NCBI GenBank assembly: GCA_021741465.1
Contig: JAIOXV010000001.1
Location: forward strand, 5,767 to 69,766
DNA from: Paracoccaceae bacterium
Lineage (GTDB): Bacteria > Pseudomonadota > Alphaproteobacteria > Rhodobacterales > Rhodobacteraceae
Length of the DNA: 64,000 nucleotides
Direction of reading: 5' to 3'
The position numbers and the translations under genes were made by a program. Positions within the stretch are counted from its first letter, which is position 1. Each line of letters begins with the position of its first letter. Below are positions 49,745 to 59,799 of this stretch, piece after piece. The notes under the pieces are model-generated. The model worked only from the letters and a program-made list of their open reading frames with translations, did no database searches and had not been told where the DNA came from.

Positions 49745-51409
49745 TCAATCCAGCAAACGCCGTGCAATCACCTGCGCCTGAATCTCGGCGGCACCTTCAA
49801 AAATGTTCAAGATCCGGGCGTCGCACAGGATGCGGCTGATCTGGTATTCCAGCGCAAAACCGTTGCCGCCATGGATTTGCAACGCATTGTCTGCACTGGC
49901 CCAAGCCACGCGCGCACCAAGAAGCTTGGCCATCCCTGCCTCAAGATCGCAACGCTTGTCGTTATCCTTCTGCCAGGCAGAAAAATAGGTCAGCTGACGC
50001 GCCACCATGACCTCAACCGCCATCATCGCAAGTTTCGAGGTGATCCGCGGGAACTCAATCAGCGCCTTGCCAAACTGCTTGCGATCTTCGGCATATTTCA
50101 TGCCCGTCTCAAGTGCGGATTGCGCAACGCCAACCGCGCGGGCGCCGGTCTGGATGCGCGCGCTTTCAAAGGTTTGCATCAGCTGCTTGAAGCCCTGACC
50201 CGGCTGGCCGCCCAGCAGATTTTCGGAATCCACTTTGAACCCGTCAAAGGCCAGTTCATATTCTTTCATGCCACGATAGCCCAAAACCTCGATCTCGCCG
50301 CCCGTCATGCCGGGGGTGGGGAAAGGTTCGGCATCAGTGCCCGGAATCTTTTCGGCAAGGAACATCGACAGGCCGCGATAGTCGGTGCTGTCGGGCTCTG
50401 TACGGGCCAGCAGCGTCATCACATGGGTGCGGGCCGCGTGGGTGATCCAGGTCTTGTTTCCGGTCACTTCCCAGCCATCGGCGGTGCGAACCGCACGGGT
50501 GCGAAGGCTGCCAAGGTCTGATCCGGTGTTCGGTTCGGTGAAGACCGCTGTTGGCAAGGTTTCCCCAGACGCCAGACGCGGCAACCATTTTGCCTTTTGT
50601 TCGGGCGTGCCGCCGCACAGAATTAACTCGGCGGCAATTTCGGTGCGCGTGGCAAGGGAACCCACGCCGATATAACCGCGCGAAAGCTCTTCCGAAACAA
50701 CCACCATCGACGCCTTTGACAGGCCAAAGCCGCCAAACTCCTCTGGGATCGTCAGGCCAAACACACCCATTTCTGCAAGTTCTTCAATAACCTGCATCGG
50801 GATCAATTCATCCTTAAGATGCCAGTCATGGGCAAATGGGATGACCTTTTCTTCAGCATAGCGGCGGAACTGATCACGGATCATTTCCAACTCATCATCC
50901 AGTCCGCTGGCCCCAAAAGTGCCACGACCGGCATTGTCGCGCATCAGGGCCACAAGGCGCGCGCGGGTTGCAGGGGTATTGCCTTCGGCCATCAGGCGCG
51001 CGGCCGCGGCGCCCGGGGCTGCGGGGACAATGCCGTTATCCTGAAGGCGGGCCATTTCGCCCTGGCTCATTGGAATGCCGCCACGGATCTGGTTCAGATA
51101 CTCGCCAAAAGCGATCTGCAGCAACAAGGCTTCCATCTCTGCGAAAAGCCCTTGCTCTTGCAGACGGACAGCCCAGGCGCGCATCTGACGCAGTGCCTCG
51201 GTATATGTTGCAAGCCACGCCAGCGAATGGGCGGCAAATTGATTGGCTTCCAGCGCTGCCGCCGAAATCTTCCCCCCCGAGGTCACCAATTCGCGCAGAG
51301 CTTCGCGCGATTGCACGAAAAGCCCTTCGACTTCGGGCAAGGCCTGGGCGGTCAGGCCGAGAAGATCGGCAAGAACGGGCGAAGTGTCGGTGCGGGCATC
51401 AAGGGCCAT
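49745..51409 (-). CDS. mcd: Acyl-CoA dehydrogenase, probably (2S)-methylsuccinyl-CoA dehydrogenase (ethylmalonyl-CoA pathway)
   Basis: Long N-terminal extension (AHSLAWLATY, FGEYL.Q..GG.PMSQGE) plus ACAD core (FTEPNTGSDL, IHGGNG, IFEGAAEIQ). Confidence 0.85.
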   Translation of the reverse strand: MALDARTDTSPVLADLLGLTAQALPEVEGLFVQSREALRELVTSGGKISAAALEANQFAAHSLAWLATYTEALRQMRAWAVRLQEQGLFAEMEALLLQIAFGEYLNQIRGGIPMSQGEMARLQDNGIVPAAPGAAAARLMAEGNTPATRARLVALMRDNAGRGTFGASGLDDELEMIRDQFRRYAEEKVIPFAHDWHLKDELIPMQVIEELAEMGVFGLTIPEEFGGFGLSKASMVVVSEELSRGYIGVGSLATRTEIAAELILCGGTPEQKAKWLPRLASGETLPTAVFTEPNTGSDLGSLRTRAVRTADGWEVTGNKTWITHAARTHVMTLLARTEPDSTDYRGLSMFLAEKIPGTDAEPFPTPGMTGGEIEVLGYRGMKEYELAFDGFKVDSENLLGGQPGQGFKQLMQTFESARIQTGARAVGVAQSALETGMKYAEDRKQFGKALIEFPRITSKLAMMAVEVMVARQLTYFSAWQKDNDKRCDLEAGMAKLLGARVAWASADNALQIHGGNGFALEYQISRILCDARILNIFEGAAEIQAQVIARRLLD

Positions 51410-51733
51410 GGGCTGTCCTCGGGGATTCTGCGGATGCGAAAGACCTATTCAGTTTGCAAATGCAGCGCAATATACTTTCGCCAAAAGGTCATGAAAAAGA
51501 CGAATATGTCGCGGCCACTTCCGCACGGGCCTGATTTGTCAAGTTTCTTAGCTGTGTCGCAACAAATACATCCAGATGAATCGACAGGTCGGCCTTGTAC
51601 TTTCGCTTTGGCATTTGACGTGACTACGCCTTTGACCCAAGACAAGTTTTCTGCTTTTGGCCCGCGGTGGAACCCGGCTTGCAATCAGGTCCAATCCGGC
51701 CACAGATGGCGAAGCTGAAAATGGAACCCGCGG

Positions 51734-52504
51734 ATGTCTGATTTGGTTTCACACTTTGGGGCCTTCGCGTTCTGGGTCGCGGTTGGGGTCACGCTCTTGG
51801 CGGGTTTTGTCAAAGGCGTTGCCGGCTTTGCCATGCCACTTATCATGATTTCCAGCTTTTCCGCTTTCTTACCCCCAGAGCAGGCCTTGGCGGGGCTGAT
51901 CTTGCCAACACTTGTCACCAATATCAGCCAAGCCACCCGCAACGGAATTAAGGCTGCGGTGGAAAGCGTAAAAACCTATCGGCGGTTCTTGTTGGCCACG
52001 CTGATCCTTATCGTGATCTCGGCTCAGTTTGTGCGGGTAATTCCCCAAGGGCTTTTTCTGTTCCTGCTGGGCATGCCGATTACCCTGTTCGCCGGGCTGC
52101 AGCTTTTGGGCAAGAAACTCGCACTTCGATTGCAGCATCGCCACCGGGCAGAATGGGTTCTGGGGGTGATTGGCGGCTTATATGGTGGGGTATCAGGGGT
52201 TTGGGGGCCACCCTTGATTGTCTATTTGCTGTCGATCAACGCCACCAAAGCCGAAACCATTCGCGTTCAAGGCGTGGTTTTTCTGCTGGGGGCGATCGTT
52301 CTTTTGGGCGCGCATGTGCAAACCGGTCTGATGGCCGGGACAAACCTGTGGTTTTCCGCCTGTCTGGTGGTGCCCGCGCTGATTGGCCAAACCGTGGGTC
52401 AGCGCGTGCAAGATCGGCTTGACCAAGGCCTGTTCCGCCGCTGGACCCAAATCCTGCTGGTGCTGACTGGCGTAAATCTGATCTGGCGCGCGCTTGCGGC
52501 TTGA
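51734..52504 (+). CDS. TauE/SafE (TSUP) family transporter
   Basis: AGFVKG..GF, GG..GG.SG..GPP. Confidence 0.85.
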   Translation: MSDLVSHFGAFAFWVAVGVTLLAGFVKGVAGFAMPLIMISSFSAFLPPEQALAGLILPTLVTNISQATRNGIKAAVESVKTYRRFLLATLILIVISAQFVRVIPQGLFLFLLGMPITLFAGLQLLGKKLALRLQHRHRAEWVLGVIGGLYGGVSGVWGPPLIVYLLSINATKAETIRVQGVVFLLGAIVLLGAHVQTGLMAGTNLWFSACLVVPALIGQTVGQRVQDRLDQGLFRRWTQILLVLTGVNLIWRALAA

Positions 52505-52528
52505 CCCGGCCGTCAGGCGAACCTCGGG

Positions 52529-53269
52529 TTATATCCAGTCAAGGTTCACCTTGCCGGCAGGATAGGCCTCCGCCACCGCGTCGCGCAGCGCTTTGTAGCG
52601 GTCTCGCAGGTCTTTGAACTTTCGTTCATGCGTTTCCGCGACAAGACAGCGAACCAGGGCAAACATCTGATCCGAATGCATCTTTTCCAAGATGTCCAAC
52701 TCGGCGCCTTCGATGTCCATCTTTACAAAAGCAATCTCACCGGTTGCGGCCGACTGCTCGCGGATCCAACTCGGAAAGTCGATCAAGGGCACTTCGACAG
52801 AATTTGCGGCATCAATCCGGCGGCCACCGTCAAGAATGGTGGATTTTACCGAAGCCCCTTCGGGGTTTTCGCCAAAATTATCCGCCCGCATCAGCCGAAC
52901 CGTACCACCGCCAACACCGACGGCCGCGTTGACGACCGTCACGTTCTCACAATGAGCGAACTTCTGTTCCAGAATCGAAAAGGCATAAGGGTCTGGTTCA
53001 AATGCCACAACATTTGCGCCGCTTTGCATCAATCTTTCGGTGACAACTCCCATGTTTGCCCCGCAATCCACAGCCAAATCTCCGGGTTTGAGCATCGCTG
53101 TGATTGCAGTCAGATACCCCTCGGCCCAAGCCTTGCGCAGGTTTCGCTTCTGTCTGCGGATCAGCGCCTCCACCTCTTCGGCGGTGGCAGGCAAGGGTTT
53201 GGTCTTACGATCTTTTTTCCCACGCTTGCCCTGAGTTTCTTCGGAAAAATCCTCATCTTCAGCCATCAT
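52529..53269 (-). CDS. FkbM-family methyltransferase
   Basis: DCGANMG, AFEPDP, NAAVG, KMDIEGAE; ATGA overlap with the upstream gene. Confidence 0.9.
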   Translation of the reverse strand: MMAEDEDFSEETQGKRGKKDRKTKPLPATAEEVEALIRRQKRNLRKAWAEGYLTAITAMLKPGDLAVDCGANMGVVTERLMQSGANVVAFEPDPYAFSILEQKFAHCENVTVVNAAVGVGGGTVRLMRADNFGENPEGASVKSTILDGGRRIDAANSVEVPLIDFPSWIREQSAATGEIAFVKMDIEGAELDILEKMHSDQMFALVRCLVAETHERKFKDLRDRYKALRDAVAEAYPAGKVNLDWI

Positions 53270-54081
53270 TCTTCCAGCGCTCCTGCCGGATCGACGCCCA
53301 TGGCTTGGCACATTCTTGCAGCATAAGAACCTGCAAGCGGCGGGTTCTTGCGCCACCATGGACGGGTGCCGTTGGTATAAAGATGAACCGAAAGCGTAGC
53401 GTCGGTGAAATGACCCTCAACATTGCAATGTGGATCATAAAAAACATCGTTCAACTGGAACGGAACGGGATAAAGCACATCATAACTGAGCGCCCGTTCA
53501 TAATCGCCCGTTTGTTGGGCGAAATAGGTAAAGGCCTGAGGTCCAAATGCGGTGCGTTCAGCGTTATAGATCCGAACCGCCTGCGGCAATGACCGGTCTT
53601 GCTTTTCAATCCGTTTGCGTTGCTGCTTGTTGAACCAAGCGGGCGCTTCTGGAAGATTTTCATAGTAGTCCAGAAGCTGATCTATAAGCGCGCCCTTTTG
53701 CGGGATATAGACGACACCGCAGTTCAGCGCCCCACGAAAACCGTGGCCAGCAAAGATATGGGTCATCTCATCTGGGAAAGGTTTATGGCAATAGGCGTCA
53801 CAGTCGATCCAGACGGCGTCGGTTTTCTGGATCATTTTGTAGCGAAAGACGTTCGAAAGAAAACTCTCGGACGTTTGCCGAACGATATCCATATCAATCG
53901 CCATGATATCGGTCGCGGGCTTCACAATGACACCCTCGGGCACATTTGAAACCGTGTCGGTACAATACAGGGTCGTCGGATGGCCCTGACGCACATGAGA
54001 AAGCAGGCAAAGCTGGTTCAGATAGTGCAGTTTCTCGCCGATCCAAAGCGAGGCAACGGGGCGACGTACAGGAGTGGACAT
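53266..54081 (-). CDS. Putative glycosyltransferase (GT32-like, DxD type)
   Basis: SLWIG..L, S.VFRY, WIDCD, FGPQA.T, VHL. Confidence 0.7.
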   Translation of the reverse strand: MSTPVRRPVASLWIGEKLHYLNQLCLLSHVRQGHPTTLYCTDTVSNVPEGVIVKPATDIMAIDMDIVRQTSESFLSNVFRYKMIQKTDAVWIDCDAYCHKPFPDEMTHIFAGHGFRGALNCGVVYIPQKGALIDQLLDYYENLPEAPAWFNKQQRKRIEKQDRSLPQAVRIYNAERTAFGPQAFTYFAQQTGDYERALSYDVLYPVPFQLNDVFYDPHCNVEGHFTDATLSVHLYTNGTRPWWRKNPPLAGSYAARMCQAMGVDPAGALEE

Positions 54082-54149
54082 GTTAACTCGGCCTCTATTG
54101 TTACTAATTCATCAACAATGGTGCAGCGCATGCTGCGGTTCAGGGGTCT

Positions 54150-56054
54150 TTAACCAAGCTCTCGCCTGGTTTCGGCGCGACGAAATCCGCGCGCGACGTT
54201 CGGGTCGAAACCATAATCCGGGGCATAGCCCAAACGCTCTAGCAAGGCTTCGAGATCTGAAAGCTCTGCATGCCATCTTTCCAAAAGCCGGCCATATAAG
54301 AAAATCTGAGTGGGGGCAGACGCCGTAGACTCGGTTAGGATCTGTGTTAGGATATCTGGTGTAAGACGCGCATCCGCAAGCATCAGACTGGTCGGCTGAA
54401 CATCTGCCATCAGGCGCAGACAATCCTTGACGGGCGAGTCTAAGGGCCGCTCCACGAGCGTGAAACGTTCATTGAACGCGCGGTTCGACAGGCGGCACAC
54501 CACCTGCATGACCTGTTTCAGACCCGGATCATCCTCTTGCAGAAAAAAGCGAATGTCCGTTCGTATATTCGCACAATGCCCGGCAAGAAAGCCAACTGCC
54601 GAGCCAATCTCCAATGCAATCGCCTGTGGGATCAGCACCGATGGCATTTTCCGCGCCAACCCGCGTTCAAATTTTCCAGCCTGTATCAGTGGCAAGACAT
54701 GCGCGGCAAAGACCCGATGATCGAGCGGAAGCTTCATCGTGTGATTGGTGTAAACTTCAACATACACGTCCGATGACAAATCGATCGGACCGGGATTGTA
54801 TGATCCCATCGGAACTGCTTCGCCCGCCGGTTCCTTCGGTGCGGCCTTGCGATCCGCCTTGGCCTTGGCCCCCCTTGCCTTTTCCACGTCAGACATGAGA
54901 GCCGCGATTTTTTCCTTGTCACGCGCCTGGGGCGGCTTGGCGACGATCTGAGAAATTGGCACTGCAGAAGCGGCGGCAAGGTCAGAAACCAAGGCGTGAT
55001 ATGCTTCGGATTTCTTCAACTCCACCAGCCTTGCCTCGGCACGGGCCACCGCAGCGTGGTGCAACCTGCTAAGATCGGGGTCTTGAAGAAGCTGAGCGAT
55101 GATCAGGTTCCGCACCTCGGAATAGCGCAGCATGGTTTCGTCGCGAACCTCATTCCTGTCCTGCAAGCTCCAGTAATCACTGTTATATTTGTCAGCCTTG
55201 TTGTTCACATTGCCCCGCATCTTGCGGATGGCATAGCTGTCCACCGACTTCACGGCATAGTGGTTCAGCTGGACCCAATCATAACCAACCGTGCGGGTGA
55301 TCGATCGCCAGCCACGAAATTTGAAGTAATCCTCCATCTCGCGACCTGATCCGTTCAGCCATTTAACCCGATCCGGAAAGTCAGTCTTGATATGCCGGGT
55401 TTTCATCTTGGGCCGATGGATGCCCAGCTTCCAATAGTCCGGGTCGAAGGTGAACAGGGTCTTCACCCCCCAACCCTTGTTCCAGGTTTGGGGCGCAGAA
55501 AGCAAATATTGCTCTGTGACGGGTGCGCGGCTCCATTCGACAACACCGCCAGACCCGAATATCCGCCAGGTGACCACGATGCCATTCGCGTCTTTAGCCT
55601 TGGCCGCGGCAATAAGATCGTCAAGCGTGCCGTCGCCATATTTTATCGACAGAAATTCGTCGGCGTCAAAGACCATAACCCAATCTGATTGGCAGACAAC
55701 GGGTTCGTCCTGCGCGTAATTCAGCGCCGAGGGCTGGGGCCGCAGCCCTTCGCCAATGACATTGCGTCGGTGGTGGCAAAGACCCAAGCATTCAAGACGG
55801 ATCAGCATGTCATCCGTGCCGTCAGAACAATCGTTCGTATATACGACAAGGTCGGTGAACCCGATTGCTAGATGATGGGCGACCCATTCGATCACGAAGG
55901 GCCCTTCATCTTTCATCATCGATACCGCGGTAACTTGGCCATGTGGGCTTTGATGGCGCTTAAGGTCAAAAGGCACGCTGCCCCAAAGATCACTTGCGCC
56001 TCGGGGGCGATGTGGGGCTGTTTCTGCCTTACGAACCTTATTCTTTACTGGCAC
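54150..56054 (-). CDS. Glycosyltransferase (GT2-like) with a C-terminal degenerate FkbM-like domain
   Basis: MKDEGP..EW.AHH..IG, YTNDCSDGT, FDADEF, NHYAVKS; C-terminal G.FE...LEIGSAVG. GTG start chosen from an AGAGG RBS. Confidence 0.8.
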   Translation of the reverse strand: MPVKNKVRKAETAPHRPRGASDLWGSVPFDLKRHQSPHGQVTAVSMMKDEGPFVIEWVAHHLAIGFTDLVVYTNDCSDGTDDMLIRLECLGLCHHRRNVIGEGLRPQPSALNYAQDEPVVCQSDWVMVFDADEFLSIKYGDGTLDDLIAAAKAKDANGIVVTWRIFGSGGVVEWSRAPVTEQYLLSAPQTWNKGWGVKTLFTFDPDYWKLGIHRPKMKTRHIKTDFPDRVKWLNGSGREMEDYFKFRGWRSITRTVGYDWVQLNHYAVKSVDSYAIRKMRGNVNNKADKYNSDYWSLQDRNEVRDETMLRYSEVRNLIIAQLLQDPDLSRLHHAAVARAEARLVELKKSEAYHALVSDLAAASAVPISQIVAKPPQARDKEKIAALMSDVEKARGAKAKADRKAAPKEPAGEAVPMGSYNPGPIDLSSDVYVEVYTNHTMKLPLDHRVFAAHVLPLIQAGKFERGLARKMPSVLIPQAIALEIGSAVGFLAGHCANIRTDIRFFLQEDDPGLKQVMQVVCRLSNRAFNERFTLVERPLDSPVKDCLRLMADVQPTSLMLADARLTPDILTQILTESTASAPTQIFLYGRLLERWHAELSDLEALLERLGYAPDYGFDPNVARGFRRAETRRELG

Positions 56055-56298
56055 AGGCGCCTCTTTCGGCAGGTCAATTACTTTGACCCTTTTACACAAT
56101 TCAACATAAGTCAGGCGATACAGCTCGGGCAAGGGACTGCGCGACCAGAGCAGGCAATTTGCGCCCAACTTGGCCCACAAACTGTTGCCAATTTAGCTAC
56201 AATACGCGGGAAATGGCGAAGGATCTGGCGTGACAGCGTGGCGCGGGTCATTCATAGTCGGGTTAAGTTTTGTATCCAGAAAAACCAGTAAAGACATT

Positions 56299-57201
56299 AT
56301 GTCACCACGTTTGACCGTTTTCTTCATCGTTGAACCGCCCAAGTATGAACAGATGGCCTGCTATCTGGCAGGGTCTTTGCGGCAGCAGTTCGGGCAATCG
56401 GTGGCTCTGATCGGCTATTGCCCCGACACCAAGATCGACAGCGTATCGAGGGATGTCATCGCGGTTCTGGCCAAGCTTGGCTGCGAGGTGCGGCCCTTCA
56501 AAGTTGCGGGCAAGTTCGATCCTGAATATCCACATGGCAACAAACTTTTGGCGACGGCCGAACCGCGCGACACCGAGTTTTCGGCTTTTTTTGACAGCGA
56601 TGTTCTTTGCCTCCGTTCAAACAAGGTCGAAAACATCATCAAGGATGGGCATGTCTCCTTGACCCCGGCCGCGTCGATGATCTGGGGCACGAGCAAGACC
56701 TGGAACCTGATATACGAGATCTGCGGCCTGCCGCTGCCCGAAGACCGGATTAAATTGATGCGCCAGAAGGGCGCGCGTGAGAAGATTCCGTATTTTTCGT
56801 CCGGCCTTTTCACCTTCCCAGAACAGTATCGCACCGCCGAGGGAAAGTCGTTCCCCGAAATCTGGATGGAGGTGGCACAACTCATTGACAAACATGAAGA
56901 CGTTCCGGGGCGTCGTCCCTATCTTGACCAAATCAGTTTGCCGCTGGCGATCCAAAAGGCCGGGTTGAAATGGAATATCCTTCCCGAAGAACAGCACTTC
57001 ATTCTTGGGGGGTCGCTCCGCGGCGAGCCCTTGCCAGAGGGGCGTGAAATCTTCACCGTCCACTACCGGAAATGGGATATTTTACAAGAAGTCGGGCTTG
57101 CAAAACAGGCAAAACGGATGCTTGAAAAGCACGCGGGCGTGCGCAGGATCGATCAGATCGGCAAGGTGGCGGAGCATGCGAAGGACAAAGCATCGCAATG
57201 A
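56299..57201 (+). CDS. Putative glycosyltransferase-like protein (DxD motif)
   Basis: YPHGNK, FFDSDVL, PYFSSG, LDQISL, VHY; GT-A-like pattern. Confidence 0.6.
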   Translation: MSPRLTVFFIVEPPKYEQMACYLAGSLRQQFGQSVALIGYCPDTKIDSVSRDVIAVLAKLGCEVRPFKVAGKFDPEYPHGNKLLATAEPRDTEFSAFFDSDVLCLRSNKVENIIKDGHVSLTPAASMIWGTSKTWNLIYEICGLPLPEDRIKLMRQKGAREKIPYFSSGLFTFPEQYRTAEGKSFPEIWMEVAQLIDKHEDVPGRRPYLDQISLPLAIQKAGLKWNILPEEQHFILGGSLRGEPLPEGREIFTVHYRKWDILQEVGLAKQAKRMLEKHAGVRRIDQIGKVAEHAKDKASQ

Positions 57202-57215
57202 GGCTTGCATTTGTG

Positions 57216-57227
57216 GAACAGTAGTTC
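57216..57227. promoter_or_regulatory. Palindrome upstream of the TetR-like gene (possible autoregulatory site)
   Basis: GAAC-AGTA-GTTC, 11 nt before the ATG. Confidence 0.35.
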
Positions 57228-57238
57228 ACTATTCTACC

Positions 57239-57745
57239 ATGGCACGCCCCAGAACCCAAACCGACTCAGCCGTATTTGCCCATTTGCTTGAATGTCTTGC
57301 ACATTCAGGTGAGAAATCCGTCAGTTTTGGCAAGATTGCCGCGGTTTGCGGCCTGGCTCCAGCAACATTGGCACAGCGCTTTGGATCAATTGATGGCATG
57401 ATCCGTGCCGCCCTGTTGTTTGAATGGAAACGCCTGAGCGATGCAGTTGAAACCACAGAATCCGAAGCACTTGTTTCGGCCAAAGGCGCACAGGCATTGC
57501 TGAAACACCTGCCAACGCCCTCGGCCCAGGTCATGGCGCTGTCGTTGCGCGACGATGCTCTTAGGACTGCAGCCGAAGATTGGCGGGTTCAGGTTGAAAC
57601 CGCTCTTGCCGCACGCCGCGGCGGCGGTACGAAGGGCAAGGAAGCGGCAGCGTTGATCTTTTCCGCTTGGCAGGGGCGGCAAATGTGGGAAGCTGCAGGC
57701 GGCAAGAGTTTCCGTCTTTCAGACATGCTAAAGGCAATGCCGTAA
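57239..57745 (+). CDS. TetR-like transcriptional regulator
   Basis: MARPR...G...SF..IA..CGLAPATL..RFGS HTH pattern. Confidence 0.75.
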   Translation: MARPRTQTDSAVFAHLLECLAHSGEKSVSFGKIAAVCGLAPATLAQRFGSIDGMIRAALLFEWKRLSDAVETTESEALVSAKGAQALLKHLPTPSAQVMALSLRDDALRTAAEDWRVQVETALAARRGGGTKGKEAAALIFSAWQGRQMWEAAGGKSFRLSDMLKAMP

Positions 57746-57824
57746 GAAATATATCAATAATATAAGTATCTTAAAAGAAAATCGGTTTTCGGAGCCGCGT
57801 AGCGCAGCGCTACATTCAACTGCA

Positions 57825-58718
57825 CTAGCTCAGGAAGGGTGGAAGCGCAAAGCCGCGAAGGAAGTCTTGCGGGACCATGGGCTTTTTGCCCTCTCGCTGT
57901 GCGAGCGTAATTTCGACAGCGCCGGTTCCACAGGCAACACGGAATGGGCCAATCAAACTGCCGGGTGACCCGTTTTCCGAACACAGGCGAGACCGCAAAA
58001 GCTTAACCCTTTCGTCGCCAGCCATGCACCACGCACCGGGAAAGGGCGAAAGTCCGCGGATTTGACGATCCACCTCCTCGGCTGAGCGAGACCAATCGAT
58101 CCGCGCTTCTGATTTCTCGATCTTTGCGGCGTAAGTGACGCCATCGGCGGCTTGTGCCACGCCAACAGCAGGAAGCGTATCCAGTGCCTGAACGATCATT
58201 CGTGAACCCATGGCAGAAAGCCTGTCATGCAGATCCAAAGTGGTTTCTTCTGCCCCAATCGGGGTGGCCTGTCGCGAAAGGACCGCACCGGTATCGAGGC
58301 CAGCGTCCATTTGCATGATGCACACACCGGTTTCGCTATCGCCGGCAAGGATCGCCCTATGGATCGGCGCCGCACCCCGCCACCGCGGCAAAAGCGATGC
58401 ATGGATATTCAGGCATCCATACCTTGGCGCATCAAGAATGCCCTGCGGCAGGATAAGCCCATAGGCCACCACCACGGCCACATCTGCGGCATGGGCAACA
58501 AATGCTTTTTCTGCATCTTCGCTGCGCAGCGAAACCGGGTGGCAGACCGCAAGGCCAAGGTCCAGAGCGCGCTCGTGCACAGGCGAAAGCCGATCAAGCT
58601 TTCCTCGGCCCGCCGGACGCGGCGGCTGCGTATAAACAGCAACAATTTCATGTGCTTCGTACAAAGCGTTCAGTGCAGGGACCGAAAACTCTGGCGTACC
58701 CATGAATATGATTTTCAT
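57825..58718 (-). CDS. fmt: Methionyl-tRNA formyltransferase
   Basis: [38 protein letters not shown]. Confidence 0.97.
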   Translation of the reverse strand: MKIIFMGTPEFSVPALNALYEAHEIVAVYTQPPRPAGRGKLDRLSPVHERALDLGLAVCHPVSLRSEDAEKAFVAHAADVAVVVAYGLILPQGILDAPRYGCLNIHASLLPRWRGAAPIHRAILAGDSETGVCIMQMDAGLDTGAVLSRQATPIGAEETTLDLHDRLSAMGSRMIVQALDTLPAVGVAQAADGVTYAAKIEKSEARIDWSRSAEEVDRQIRGLSPFPGAWCMAGDERVKLLRSRLCSENGSPGSLIGPFRVACGTGAVEITLAQREGKKPMVPQDFLRGFALPPFLS

Positions 58719-59221
58719 AGCCGCTTCCTAAGCTTTTCAGCCTTTGCCAGCAGCATTTTCCTTTTCAACGGCGACAGATGGTCAAAATACATCTTCCCAG
58801 CGAGATGATCGATCTGATGCTGAACCGATGTCGCCCAAAGGTTCACGAAGTCACGTTCTTCCACATCGCCCGCCGCATTCACGAAGCGGACGGTCACGGC
58901 ACGCGGGCGCGAGATCACTGCGGACACACCCGGAAGATTTGGGCTTGCCTCATCATGCTCGCGCGGTTGCACCGACGCGTGGAAGACCTCCGGGTTGGCC
59001 ATTAGGATCGCCTGCCCACGCTCTTCGGAACAGTCCACGACCGCAAGGCGCATTGGCACGCCAATCTGAACCGCAGCAAGCCCGTATCCGGGCATCGCAT
59101 CCATGGTATCCACCATATCCGCCCAGATTGCGCGGATTTCATCCGTTATCGCAGACACATCTGCTGCCGGGGTTTTCAAGCAGACGTTCGGCCAAGGCAA
59201 ACAGCGTCGAACAGCCATCAC
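58715..59221 (-). CDS. Peptide deformylase-like protein with a degenerate active site
   Basis: [10 protein letters not shown]; EASPNL replaces EGCLS and QHQIDH replaces QHEIDH. Confidence 0.88.
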   Translation of the reverse strand: MMAVRRCLPWPNVCLKTPAADVSAITDEIRAIWADMVDTMDAMPGYGLAAVQIGVPMRLAVVDCSEERGQAILMANPEVFHASVQPREHDEASPNLPGVSAVISRPRAVTVRFVNAAGDVEERDFVNLWATSVQHQIDHLAGKMYFDHLSPLKRKMLLAKAEKLRKRL

Positions 59222-59733
59222 GCCATCCGCGCGCGTTCACGCTTCAATTTTTCCATCTTGCGGGTGATCATCTGGCGCTTGAGCGGGCCGAGATAGTCAA
59301 TGAACAGCTTGCCATCAAGATGGTCGATTTCGTGCTGCACGCAGGTCGCCCAAAGGCCAGAGAAATCGCGTTCTTGCAGCTTTCCGTCAAGGTCCATCCA
59401 AGCGACCTTCACCGCAGCCGGGCGCTTGACCTCGGCATATTGGTCCGGAATTGACAGACAGCCTTCCTCATACACATTCACATCTTCCGAAGCCCACAGA
59501 ACCTGCGGGTTCAACAAGACCATAGGTTCCGGAGGGCCATCCTTGATGCAGTCCATCACGATGATGCGGCTCATCACGCCGATTTGCGGCGCGGCCAAAC
59601 CAATGCCCGGCGCTTCATACATGGTTTCCAACATGTCGTCCGCCAAAGAGCGCAACGCGGGCGTGACCTCGGTCACAGCTTCGCAAAGCTTTTTCAGGCG
59701 CGGGTCGGGGTGTATCAGGATAGGTCGGATCAT
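59218..59733 (-). CDS. def: Peptide deformylase
   Basis: GIGLAAPQIG, EGCLS, QHEIDHL. The real start is 59733 (MIRPIL); the upstream extension in the ORF track is antisense to patB. Confidence 0.96.
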   Translation of the reverse strand: MIRPILIHPDPRLKKLCEAVTEVTPALRSLADDMLETMYEAPGIGLAAPQIGVMSRIIVMDCIKDGPPEPMVLLNPQVLWASEDVNVYEEGCLSIPDQYAEVKRPAAVKVAWMDLDGKLQERDFSGLWATCVQHEIDHLDGKLFIDYLGPLKRQMITRKMEKLKRERARMA

Positions 59734-59799
59734 GTTTTCGGATTTACGGCGCGGGGGAGAATGGTGCAAGTAGGGTAGGCAACTTTCAATAGGCTGGCC

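Noticed and set aside
51450-51650. Possible PhaR-like (TGCAGCGCA) or FNR-like (TTGAC-N4-GACAA) sites between mcd and the TSUP gene
   Set aside because: Short or mismatched; cannot be told from chance without comparative data.
57746-57785. Very AT-rich patch after the TetR-like gene as an att site or island boundary
   Set aside because: No integrase, tRNA or flanking direct repeat seen.
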